Assembly: GCA_002269645.1 (NCBI GenBank)
Contig: NIVC01001811.1
Span: forward strand, 124,001-188,000
From: Macrostomum lignano
Taxonomy: Eukaryota
Reading direction: 5' to 3'
Length of the DNA stretch: 64,000 bases
Position numbers and translations under genes: made by a program. The notes beneath the pieces were generated by a model. The model saw only the letters and a list, made by a program, of their open reading frames with translations. It was not told the origin of the DNA and did not search any database. Shown here in pieces: positions 1 through 11,154 of this stretch. Position 1 is the stretch's first letter, and each line of letters starts with the position of its first letter.

Positions 1-402
1 ATGGCCTTCTCCGGGCATGGCTGCTTCTCTCGCCACCGCTTCCTTCAGGGCCAAGTACCCGAGGAGCGGTGCCCCTTCCCCGCTCGCTGAGCATTTTATC
101 TGCCACTGCCCGGTTTTCACCAGGGCCAGGCTCACTCACCTCGGGCCAAACCCGGTTCTCTCCGACGTTTGCAGGCCCGAGAGCATCCCGCTGCTCGCCC
201 GGTACCTCAGGGACACGGGAGAGCTTATTTCTTCCCCACCGCCGGTGAGGAGGACCGCGCTGCAGGCGAGACCGACGGGTCCCCCTGAGCGACATCACTT
301 CGATGGAAGTCATGGTCTCCAGGGGCTAGCGGAATGGGCGGTCTCCTCCGCCTCCTCGCTGCATCCGCCGGACGCCCCCTGCAGCTAAATCAAGTTAAGT
401 CA
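1..402 (+). mobile_element. 3' end of a non-LTR retrotransposon (C-terminal zinc knuckle region plus 3' UTR), probably Loa/R1/I-like
   Basis: ORF 17..388 contains EHFICHCP..RARL, which is typical of the C-terminal CCHC knuckle of LINE ORF2. It ends in a short taaatcaagttaagtcaa tail-like repeat. Confidence 0.6.
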
Positions 403-914
403 ACCTCCCTGGCGATCAATTCACTTCTTGAAATCGGTCGCGCAGCGCCCGGATGTCGCTAGTGTACATGTGTACGTGTAGAACTCTGCCGATTGATTCT
501 CCAGCCACTGGTTGGCAAGGGGTTGGGTTCCTAGAGACTTATAGCTCTTCGTTAGACTCGAAATGGGGTCCGCGGAGCGGCCGCTTATTTACATGCAAAA
601 GTTGACAGAGCAGCTTACATGTAATTATAAAGTTAGAGGGTGCCAGGTCTGGTGAATTGGCCAGCGCCGCGTCGCCATGGATTTTATTGTGGGGGGGACA
701 AAGCCGGGAATTCTACATCTACATGTACATGACTGAAGTCGTACATGTACATTTTTTCAGAATCGGTGTTCTCATTGCTCATTTTTGGCGCCGCATGCAT
801 TCATTTTGGCTCCGCAGGCATTTAGTAACAGTAAAAGGTATCAAAACAACCGGTTTTAACCAAAAGTATCCGAACTACATGTACATCTATCAGCATCAAA
901 GCGTGGTATAGCCG

Positions 915-2170
915 CTGTAGCTTGACCTGGAGCTGCGGTCTTAGGTTCTCTGAGTCTAAAACCGTGGCTATTATGTTCCCCAGCCGCCGAAACTGGAGGA
1001 TCGAACCGCTCTCCCTCTATGGCAAACCCGTTGCCATGGAGAAACAAACCAGATGTCTGGGCATCACCCTCTCGACCACAGGTTGAATTGGACTCCACAC
1101 GTCCAAACCAAAGCCCGCAAAGCTCTCGCGACTCTCGCGCAGATCTGCAAAGCTTTTGGCGCTACCTGGGGCCTCACACCCCGTCGCCTCTGGTGGATTT
1201 ACTCTGCCATCGTGAGACCGGCCATCTCCTTCGCCGGCTTCATTTGGAACAGTTCCCTAGAGGTGAAAGGGGTTCTCGATGCTCTTAACAGGGTGGAAGG
1301 CCGAGCTTGTCGAGCTATCATGAGCACGGCTCCCTCTACACCCTGTACTGGTATGAACTCCTTCCTGGACATTCCCCCTTAACCTCTTTGTCAAAGGGCA
1401 GGCAAAGAAGACCAACTCGACCCGCCGTCTGCTTGACGCGGGTGTCCCCATCCAGAAGCAGTTCGCCTTCAGGAAGCGGAACCTCCGGCCGCACGGTGAC
1501 AGCCTGCGAGACCTGGAAGCAGTAGGAAGCCTGCTGACCCTCTCGGACGGAATTCCGTCCACGCTCTGCCCTCCGCTCAAATTCAAAACCAGCATTCCAC
1601 CACGCCATGAGGCTAGGGACAACCGGAAACCCCGTGAAATCCACTGCTTCACTGACGGGTCCCAAATCAACTCCGCCCCTGGCTACGGCTACTGCATCGT
1701 GTCTGGAGGGAGAACTGTGGTGGCCTTCTTTCCAGCACACCGGCACCTGCTCCACCGTCTTCCAGAACGAAGTTCTCGCATCAGCTCCTGCGCCATCAGC
1801 GCGTCTGGGGGAAGGAGATGATCCTCTCCACTCGGTCAAGCGGCGATCCACGCCCTTGAGCGCACACCATCACCTGCTATCGTACAGTCCTCGACTGCAT
1901 CAGGCAGCTAGCTCAACCGCTTAGTCGCATCTAACAAGGTGTCCCTATAAGGTGGATCCCCGGGCACTCGGGCCACCCTGGCAACGAGCTGGCCGATCGT
2001 CTGACCAAGGCTGGCTCGACCGGTTCTTTTACTGGTCCCCTTGCCCGTGGCCCCCTCCCCCAGATGCACGGAGCCCTGCTAAGTCTAAGTAAAAAATTCC
2101 CTCTAAGATGTACGTGTACACCATGGGAGAGCTCTAATCGGATCTTCACTTCCCCATCCCCATGCCGCTT
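915..2170 (+). mobile_element. Decayed RNase H-containing non-LTR retrotransposon fragment (RT end, thumb, RNase H)
   Basis: Read across frameshifts: KTVAIMF...RCLGIT/LDHRLNWTPHV..KARKAL...WGL..RRLWWIYSAIVRP (RT end and thumb), then IHCFTDGS...TVFQNEVLA (~1635-1790) and IRWIPGHSGHPGNELAD (~1947-2000). These are RNase H motifs of Loa/R1/I-group LINEs. Confidence 0.8.
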
Positions 2171-2609
2171 CGAATCTATCTAGGAGGAAAGACATTAATT
2201 TATAAAAATTCTATTTTAGAAATTTATTTATGCATGCGAATAACCGTCAGTTGGACTAAAAACGGTTTTTGTCAAACCGCTATAAACTGCGAATATTTCA
2301 GTACCAAATTTTTCACTGACTGACTTTATGTTTGCTAACAAACGTCGGCTGCTGAAAAACGTTGCTATGCCACGCTTTGGTGCTGCTGATGTAGTTTAGA
2401 CAGTCTTGGTTAGATGGGTTGCTTTGGTACCTGTTACTAAAAGAAGACGAAGAGGGTTTAGTGTGCAGTAATTTGTTAGTAACCTGTATTTAGTAGCAGT
2501 AGAAGGGAGCGATGTGGCATTATATTGGTGCTATGTCCGCAGTTTTCAAATGCAAGTACATGTAAGCCTAGAGAGGGCATAATTCTTCAACCCATTGCCG
2601 CATGCAAAT

Positions 2610-3200
2610 GTCCGGCTGGCAAACGTTGGCTGGCAAACGTCGGCTCACAAAATTCGGCTGGCGAACGTCGCTATCCTGGGTTTTTTTCGTCCATAACTTG
2701 GGTTCGATTTCGCACCCTGTGCTACATTTCAGGGTGCGATTTTCAAGACCAGGATGCACTGCACATCCATAACACTAAATTGTGAAATCCGCATCACCTT
2801 GTAAAAAATTCTGGTGCACTTTTTGCACCCTGAGTCAATTTTCAGGGTGCGATTTTTAAGACCAGGATGCTATTCGCACCCATTTGCACAAAAAAACCAG
2901 TCGCTATCCCTTCCATCGGAAATGTATTTAAAAAGGAAGAGTTAGCGTCGGCAAAAGTTTACGTCGGCAATGTATTAGAATATATAATTTATAGAAAAGT
3001 TAGCGTCGGCAAAATTTAAGTCGGCAATGTATTTTGAATAGGAAAAGTTAGCGTCGGCAACAGTTAACGTCGGCAATGTATTAGAATATTTAATTTATAG
3101 AAAAAGTTAGCGTCGGTAAAAGTTTAGCTACATCGGCAATATATTTTGAACGGGAAAAGTTAGCGTCGGCAAAAGTTTACGTCGCGGCAATGTATTTAAA
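2610..3200. repeat. Composite repeat: short CGTCGGC-containing tandem units plus two paired hairpin units
   Basis: aaaagttagcgtcggcaa..acgtcggcaatgtatt recurs about 5 times (2935-3200). (T)CGCACCCTG-spacer-CAGGGTGCGA occurs at 2710-2739 and again at ~2825-2852. Confidence 0.6.
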
Positions 3201-3445
3201 TGCAAACAGTTATACATGTATTTGCGCACAGAGACAGAGGTAAGGAGTGTCGAGTGAGTCATCAATGCAGAATCACGCCATTTGCTTAGTTTGCCTTGCT
3301 TTTCATTGGTATGCGCCTTGTGGTGGCCTTGGGGATTTCCCTGTCAGCCACCCCATTCTACTTGTCATCAGTGTGCAGCCACCCCACTCCCTCTATGTAC
3401 ATTTTAACGTCGGTTTAACGTCGGTAAAAACCGATCGGCCAAAGT

Positions 3446-3524
3446 TATATACATCCACGGGCTGCACAAAAAGGGCTCACGGGCTGCATGTGGCCCAGAG
3501 GCTGCAGGTTGAGGGACCCATGAT
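3446..3524 (-). mobile_element. Possible isolated hAT (Charlie-like) terminal sequence
   Basis: The minus strand reads catgggtccctcaacctgcagcctctgggccacatgcagccc, resembling the CAGGGGTC..AACCTGCGGCCCGCGGGCCGCATGCGGCCC end of hAT elements. No partner end was found. Confidence 0.35.
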
Positions 3525-3539
3525 CTAGAGATAGGCTAC

Positions 3540-3830
3540 TTATGCATATATAGGGCCTATAAGTATAGATTAGGCCTACAATATATTTATACTATATAAT
3601 TTAGTATAGGCCTAGTATAGATACGAGCCTGTATAGTGTATAGTATAGGCCTAGTATAGGGCCTAGGCCTAGCTACTAGCTAGCTAGCTACTAGCTTAAG
3701 CGGCTTAAGCCTAGCTACTAGCTAGCTAGGCCTACATTAAATATTTTTAATAATTGCTAGCTAGGCCTAGGCCTAAGCTAGGCCTAAGCTGTGTTCCGAT
3801 CTGAATTATAGGCCTATACTAATAATAAAA
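3540..3830. repeat. Low-complexity CTAG/AGGCCT palindrome-rich stretch
   Basis: Dense ctag, agct and aggcct motifs (e.g. ggcctaggcctagctactagctagctagc). Confidence 0.6.
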
Positions 3831-5107
3831 AACTAAGAAAGTATTTAAAGCAAAGGTAACTGAGTAATGACTATTCAACCATTGATCAGAGGAATTTTAC
3901 ATCATTCAAAATTTCGGGTGCTTACACACAAACATTACGAGTGTGCACGCAGTCTTATAATATTATTGTTCAGTCGATTCGGTTTTTGGTGTATTTTGAA
4001 TGTTGCATCAGCATTTAAGGAAAAAAAGGAAACAGAAAAATAGTATTTATAGAATGCAAGCCATGGGTTTGGGCTCTATATTTTAAATTTATAATTTCAT
4101 TGTCATTGTTTTTCCATTTAAACAAGCATATGATTAACTTATTTGTTAAAATGTTTTGCGTCGAATTGACTCGTACGGAGTCCAGATCCAGTGCCTGAAA
4201 GCGCGCGCAAATTTAACTAGGGCTTGACCATAATAGAGCTTAAATTTCCTAGATAGGCCACTTTGCATTGCGGCAGTAGGGAAAGTGCGACCGCTGTTTT
4301 TCGTCACTTGTGCGAAAAAAGCCGACATGGGTTGCTTACATTTTGAATTCAGTAGCTTAGGGACATAGACGCTATTTTTTAGATTTGAGTAAAACTTCTC
4401 ATGAATTAATTAAAAGCTACTCAATTGAACTAAGAATTATGAATTAACATGAATTCACTGCAGGGACTACTGACGAAATTGAGTTCAGTAGTTTATTTTC
4501 GCGCTGTCGCGAGATGCAAAATTTTTTAAATTAGCTATGTCCACATAAGAGGTTAATGAGTGGCCCATCTTGCATATATATGATCTTTGGGTTTGACTCA
4601 CTGTCGATCGAGGCTGTTGCCAGCTTTAGCGATGTCGAGGTCGATGCGTTAATTGATTAATAATGACTTAGCTCGTCATTTCATTGTTCAAAGAACAGGA
4701 AGGACTACAATAGGATCTATCTGGCCCATACATCATGAGAGTCGTGTCTTTTGATTTGAAATCCTACTTGATACATGTATATATCTTTAATTTACTTTGC
4801 TACTGTTTTACATAACTATTCATTATACTGATGAAAATGTTCTTGGAAATGTCAAGTAACAGTGTATTAATACTATTAAGTAATTAAGCCGAGCGAAGGA
4901 AAGGGGAATTACGGAATATAGAAACGAAAAGAAACGCGGCAGAAATTCTTGACTTGAGGGATCAACTCACCTGATGGAGCGACTGACCGAGGGCCAGGAG
5001 AGCGGCCCACTTTAAACGGCAGCATTGGCTGCGCCACCACCGGTTGCAACCATAGATACTATATAACTATTATATACTATTATATAGTATCTATGGTTGC
5101 AACTGTA

Positions 5108-5141
5108 CAACAACAACAACAACAACAACAACAACAGCAAT

Positions 5142-5185
<44 letters not shown>

Positions 5186-5186
5186 C
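5108..5186. repeat. (AAC)n microsatellite, which is the 3' tail of the adjacent minus-strand LINE
   Basis: About 26 aac units directly abut the 3' end of the LINE fragment. Confidence 0.9.
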
Positions 5187-5480
5187 TATAAATACGCGAC
5201 CCCGCATGCAAAGCCACAGTTAGAGCAGGTCGCGTCAGATGGCGCACCGCAGCTGAGCCCTGGGAGCGAACGAAGTCCGCTCCGTTGGCAGTGTCGGGCA
5301 CCCCAGCGTCGCACAGCAGGCAGTCCACATATCGACGGGTTCGGGAATGACCCCGCCTGAACGGGCCCTGCAAGGTGAGCAGCAGGACGTCCTGAACAGG
5401 TTGGGGGGCGCAGTAGCCCTCGGCCCGGATCACGTGGCCCGTCAGTTGAAGTCGCCGCCACGGTGCAGGATGGTGGATGA
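5187..5480 (-). mobile_element. 5'-truncated RTE-like LINE 3' fragment
   Basis: RRLQLTGHVIRAEGYCAPQPVQDVLLLTLQGPFRRGHSRTRRYVDCLL is clearly homologous to the C-terminus of the element at 22522-23330. Confidence 0.8.
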
Positions 5481-6135
5481 TGCAGCTCGTCAGCAACTGT
5501 ACATTTGTAGGTAAAAGTATACACATAAGAGCTTGATGTAGTAAATTAAGTATTGCTTTGGTTGTTGTCCGAACCAAATTAAAAGGGCCGGGGTAAATCG
5601 ATCGTATTTATTGAAAGAGACAATGATTAACCTTGTGCTTGCCGTAGAATTAAATGCAATCCAAAGCACATGGTCTCTACACGACCTTTTCAAATCGACC
5701 CGCAATCGCATATGACAAGAAAATCGGCAAATTTTAGTTCTAATTGTGACGCAGCAACTGCCATAGTTTTTTATCAGTTTTTTGTATCTGATAATATATG
5801 CGCCATGCATGCAGAGAAAACGCAGGGACTACACTAAATACTAAATAAGAGTATTTATTTGGTAAAACTTTTCAGCGCAGGTACTAAATTATAATTCGGT
5901 TAAATTGTTCACCAAACATGCATGTAACAAACATACGAAGTCAAAAGGTTTGGCTTGGTCCGCCGGCCCGCCCCCGCCTCCTCCCCGAGAAAAATTTAGT
6001 AGGGAGCCCGAGCAGCAGAAAATAATTTTTAGTTTGATCTTTTGTCATTATATTGCTTTAAAAGAGCTTCAATAAAGTTCAAAATGCAGTTCTAATCATT
6101 ATTATTATTTCATGTGCTATTGAAGTCCAGAAGCG

Positions 6136-8127
6136 GAGAGAGGAGAGAGGAAAGAGAGGAGCTGTGAGAGAAGAGAGGAGAGAGGAGGGGAAAAGAGAAG
6201 AGAGAAGAGAGAGGAGCTGTGAGAGGAGAGAGGAGAGAAGAGAGAGGAGAGAGAAGAGAGGAGAGAGAGGAGCTGTGAGAGGAGAGGGAAAAGAGAAGAG
6301 AGGAGAGAAGAGAGAGGAGAGAGAAGAGAGGACAGAGAGGAGCTGTGAGAGGAGAGGGAAAAGAGAAGAGAGGAGAGAAGAGAGAGGAGAGAGAAGAGAG
6401 GACAGAGAGGAGCTGTGAGAGGAGAGGGAAAAGAGAAGAGAGGAGAGAGAAGGAAGAGAGGACAGAGAGGAGCTGTGAGAGGAGAGGGAAAAGAGAAGAG
6501 AGGAGAGAAGAGAGAGGAGAGAGAAGAGAGGACAGAGAGGAGCTGTGAGAGGAGAGGGAAAAGAGAAGAGAGGAGAGAAGAGAGAGGAGAGAGAAGAGAG
6601 GACAGAGAGGAGCTGTGAGAGGAGAGGGAAAAGAGAAGAGAGGAGAGAGAAGGAAGAGAGGACAGAGAGGAGCTGTGAGAGGAGAGGGAAAAGAGAAGAG
6701 AGGAGAGAGAAGGAAGAGAGGACAGAGAGGAGCTGTGAGAGGAGAGAGGAGAGAGGAGGGGAAAAGAGAAGAGAGAAGAGAGGAGCTGTGAGAGGAGAGA
6801 GGAGAGAAGAGAGAGGAGAGAGAAGAGAGGAGAGAGAGGAGCTGTGAGAGGAGAGGGAAAAGAGAAGAGAGGAGAGAAGAGAGAGGAGAGAGAAGAGAGG
6901 ACAGAGAGGAGCTGTGAGAGGAGAGGGAAAAGAGAAGAGAGGAGAGAAGAGAGAGGAGAGAGAAGAGAGGACAGAGAGGAGCTGTGAGAGGAGAGGGAAA
7001 AGAGAAGAGAGGAGAGAGAAGGAAGAGAGGACAGAGAGGAGCTGTGAGAGGAGAGGGAAAAGAGAAGAGAGGAGAGAGAAGGAAGAGAGGACAGAGAGGA
7101 GCTGTGAGAGGAGAGGGAAAAGAGAAGAGAGGAGAGAGAAGGAAGAGAGGACAGAGAGGAGCTGTGAGAGGAGAGGGAAAAGGGAAGAGAGGAGAGAGAA
7201 GGAAGAGAGGACAGAGAGGAGCTGTGAGAGGAGAGGGAAAAGAGAAGAGAGGAGAGAGAAGGAAGAGAGGACAGAGAGGAGCTGTGAGAGGAGAGGGAAA
7301 AGAGAAGAGAGGAGAGAGAAGGAAGAGAGGACAGAGAGGAGCTGTGAGAGGAGAGGGAAAAGAGAAGAGAGAAGGGAGAAGGAAGAGAGGACAGAGAGGA
7401 GCTGTGAGAGGAGAGGGAAAAGAGAAGAGAGGAGAGAGAAGGAAGAGAGGACAGAGAGGAGCTGTGAGAGGAGAGGGAAAAGAGAAGAGAGGAGAGAGAA
7501 GGAAGAGAGGACAGAGAGGAGCTGTGAGAGGAGAGGGAAAAGAGAAGAGAGGAGAGAGAAGGAAGAGAGGACAGAGAGGAGCTGTGAGAGGAGAGGGAAA
7601 AGAGAAGAGAGGAGAGAGAAGGAAGAGAGGACAGAGAGGAGCTGTGAGAGGAGAGGGAAAAGGGAAGAGAGGAGAGAGAAGGAAGAGAGGACAGAGAGGA
7701 GCTGTGAGAGGAGAGGGAAAAGAGAAGAGAGGAGAGAGAAGGAAGAGAGGACAGAGAGGAGCTGTGAGAGGAGAGGGAAAAGAGAAGAGAGGAGAGAGAA
7801 GGAAGAGAGGACAGAGAGGAGCTGTGAGAGGAGAGGGAAAAGGGAAGAGAGGAGAGAGAAGGAAGAGAGGACAGAGAGGAGCTGTGAGAGGAGAGGGAAA
7901 AGAGAAGAGAGGAGAGAGAAGGAAGAGAGGACAGAGAGGAGCTGTGAGAGGAGAGGGAAAAGAGAAGAGAGGAGAGAGAAGGAAGAGAGGACAGAGAGGA
8001 GCTGTGAGAGGAGAGGGAAAAGAGAAGAGAGAAGGGAGAAGAGAGGAGAGAGGAGAGAAAAGAAAGAGAATAGAGGAGAGGGGAGAGAGAGGAGAGAAGA
8101 GAGGAGAGAAAAGAGAGGAGAGAGGAG
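6136..8127. repeat. Purine-rich 60-bp minisatellite array
   Basis: Unit gagaggagctgtgagaggagagggaaaagagaagagaggagagagaaggaagagaggaca repeats with an exact 60-bp period over ~6960-8030, with degenerate flanks. Confidence 0.95.
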
Positions 8128-8690
8128 TAGCTCTATGGAGCTGGCGCGCGTACAACTGCACATGCTAAAATTGCTCAGTTCATCCATCGAATAGACTCAA
8201 TAGACTCGAGTATCTCTCAGCTTATTAAACATACTTGCATCATCAGCAGTTTCAGCGCTTCAGACAGCACTAGACAATGTTTGTCCACTCGTCAATAGAG
8301 GCCCCGAAATCAATGAAAGTCCCATTGTCAACAATGGAACTCCTGCTGTTGTGTATTGTCTGAGAAGTTACTAACTACTGTATCTGAATTCATACAATTG
8401 CATTCCTACATGCATTCAATGATAGAGGAACCCGAATCATCAGAAACCATTGGGAAGCTGGCGAATAGCCTGGTCAAGAAGATTCTACTCTGTTTGTCGA
8501 GTGATATACTCGTGACAGTTTTTCTCCTCTGTCTTATGTTATACTCTCGTACTAAATACGTAAGCTTCATCTGTAGACAGCCAACATCAGGCTGAAGAGT
8601 GCTAGCTAGAAATCAAATAAGTGAAGAGTCTGAGAATATCTATAAAATGCTGACAAACATATCGATGCATCATGCTAGATTAGTTCCGCA

Positions 8691-9991
8691 ATGGCCGGGT
8701 GCATCTGTCTGCTGCAGCTGGTTGTCTTCTGCGGCGCAGTGACTGCCTGCCAGGATTGCACTGCCTTGTTTGAGCGACTGCACAGCAATTGTCCCAACGA
8801 ACTATTTGAAGCCAAGTTTGCGGTTGCACCATGCGACTTGAGTGCGTACTTCGTTGCACTCTGAGCAGTTCGTGTCTACTGTCTGTGTACAAGAAAGACA
8901 GCGCTGAATGCTACAGCCTTGCCGAAGCAATATCAACTGGCATATGCACATCCGGTACGATTGTGAGGCGAAAGCTTGCTGCGGCACCAACGCCAGCTGC
9001 CCTATCTGTGCCGTTTGCTTCGAAAATTGTGCTGTTCTACAATTTCAAAAAAGGCTATCAAAACCTCGCCGATCCGGCTAGAAACCCGGCTGAGCCAGTC
9101 AACATCCTGGAGCAAAGTCCGACCAATGGACTTCTACTAAAGAACTCTACGAGCTCGTTTGTAAGAGTCTCAACGCCTGGATTCTATCGCTACTTCATCT
9201 ACGGGCAGAAGTTCAGCTTCTTCTTTCAAGGAAAATTCGCAATGAGTTTCGTGTAGGTTTCGAAAATTTTGTTTATAATGAACTTTACAATGGCCAATTA
9301 TATAGTTAGAAGACGTGTTAAGGCCTGAAACGCATTGCAAAAGTCAAATGCATTGCCGGATATTTTTATGATTGTTAAAATGTTATAGTATGAATTTTTA
9401 AGTTACAGTTTGGAATTGCTTCATAGCCGTTTGCGATAAGTACCAAGAGAACTTGATTTAGATCACTCTCGATTTACATGTATAGTATAAAGTCAGTTTG
9501 TGCGCGATTAAAACCGCGACGAATAGAGTTCCATTTAAAGATCGTATGTATTTAATTTCCAAAACTTCAGCGAAAAGTGCATCAGCTCATTCACCGACGG
9601 CAGCGTGAACGCCAGTCCAATCTATATCAGATCCGATGGGGCCCTGGTTGTTGACACGTACTTTCCAAACGGAACCGTCCATCACAAGTCCTGGATAAGT
9701 GCCGTTCCACTTGTATCAAGTCCTACTCACCAGCTGGTCACCTTTGGAATCAACTTTGCTGGGAGTATATATGGTCAGGCCTACTTCAACGGAGGCTCCT
9801 TGAGCTCGATGGGCGGCGGAACCGGCTCTGGAGCTACGACTGTACTGCTGAACATGCACGACATCCTGTTCATTGGCAACTGTTTGAGCGGAATGGAACC
9901 GTTCGACGGCTGGCTGCAGTGCTGGGCTCTGATGAACGACAATATTGATTACGCTGAGTTCGACCAACTGCGCAACCTTTGCAACTCTTAA
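8691..9991 (+). CDS. Secreted PAN/Apple-like + LamG/ConA-like protein, paralogue A (two exons, apparent 1-bp frameshift near 8835)
   Basis: Exons 8691-9252 and 9571-9991, with a phase-2 intron GTAGGT..TTCAG. Hydrophobic N-terminus MAGCICLLQLVVFCGAVTA, then ECVLRCTLSSSCLLSVY..CY, and C-terminal QAYFNG..LFIG..FDGWLQCW. Colinear with paralogue B. The frame slips by one base between the ATG frame and ORF 8831..9256. Confidence 0.7.
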
Positions 9992-11154
9992 AGTGAAAGC
10001 TCTGCATGCACGCCTCACTGGAAAACGTTTAAAAAAAGTTTAAAAACGTTTGCAAACATCAAGATACTCTCTGCATTGGACAAACAAAGTTCTCAGTACA
10101 AAATCTCCAGCGAACTTAACGCGATTTCTTATTAGCCTAAAGTGGTTAAAGTTTAGCTGTTCAACAAGAAATAAATCCCAAAATGTGATTCAGTCAAATA
10201 AAAAACTCTTGAAATTTAATGTTCGTAAAGAGCATAAAAATCATTTTTTGTCGCTTTTAATCTTGGATAATTTACATTTGCAGTGAGAGAGTTAGAGACA
10301 GTGTTATGTTTTCAGGTTACTTAAAGTCTTCAATATACTTAAGGCATTAATTATTAGTGCTGATATCCTAGCAGACGTTTCCGCGGCTTCTCTTCTCTTC
10401 TCTTATTTCTCTTTATTTCACATTCACACAGCGGGCTTTTAACCCAAGCCTGTTTTGCAGCTTCATTTAGTCCATAGATAAAACAAAACGCGTCAAACTG
10501 CAAATGCAATTAAAATAATATCAATATTATAGTCACGTCATATCAGACAGTACTAAAAATAAAAAGTTTTAATAAACTACATGTTGAATTTGTTAATGTA
10601 CAGTCGCTATTGTTAGTGTTCTAAGAAAAAGGATGATTAAAACAAAAAATAATCAGCCCTGAAAGCAAGCTATCTATAGCCTATAAGATATCAGAATCCC
10701 CTGGGAGCTTTGAACCCTAACTCTTCCTTTGATCTGCCTTTGGTTTGGCCTATAAGCAACTTCCAATTGACCCTTGGCATCTCAGCAATGCCCCCCCCCA
10801 CGAGTTCGACAGCTAGATACCAAATTCGCATTTGTCACTGATGAAAATATCATGCATCTTTTTTTCAGTTTCATATTACTGTAGAATCAGAGTAAGATTC
10901 CAAAGTTTGATAAACAAACTTCTCCAAACATTCTAACGTATGTTTGGATTGTTGAGACTAGCTAGAAGCAATGAAAGAATTGATCCACTGACTCCTGGTT
11001 TGTTACTCCATCGCGACACTTCCGAGACGAAAATCTTCTTGCGGGAGGGACAACTTTGGCAAACGGCAAACACTGACTTCCTCCCGGTTTGGTTTTGCTA
11101 TCAATATATACATAGCAAAGAAGGCATCGAATTTGGTCAAATTCAAACGAAAAA

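Noticed and set aside
460-890. Recurrent TACATGTA palindromes
   Set aside because: They are scattered through the non-coding DNA of the whole window with no fixed spacing, so they are probably background k-mer enrichment.
4140-4560. Possible piggyBac-like end (…AAGAGG TTAA)
   Set aside because: No matching left terminus or TTAA pair was found.
6079-8194. 400-700-aa ORFs (LLSSLFP... / ERREKEERT...)
   Set aside because: They are translations of the 60-bp GA array. The unit length is divisible by 3 and lacks stops, and there is no non-repetitive coding context.
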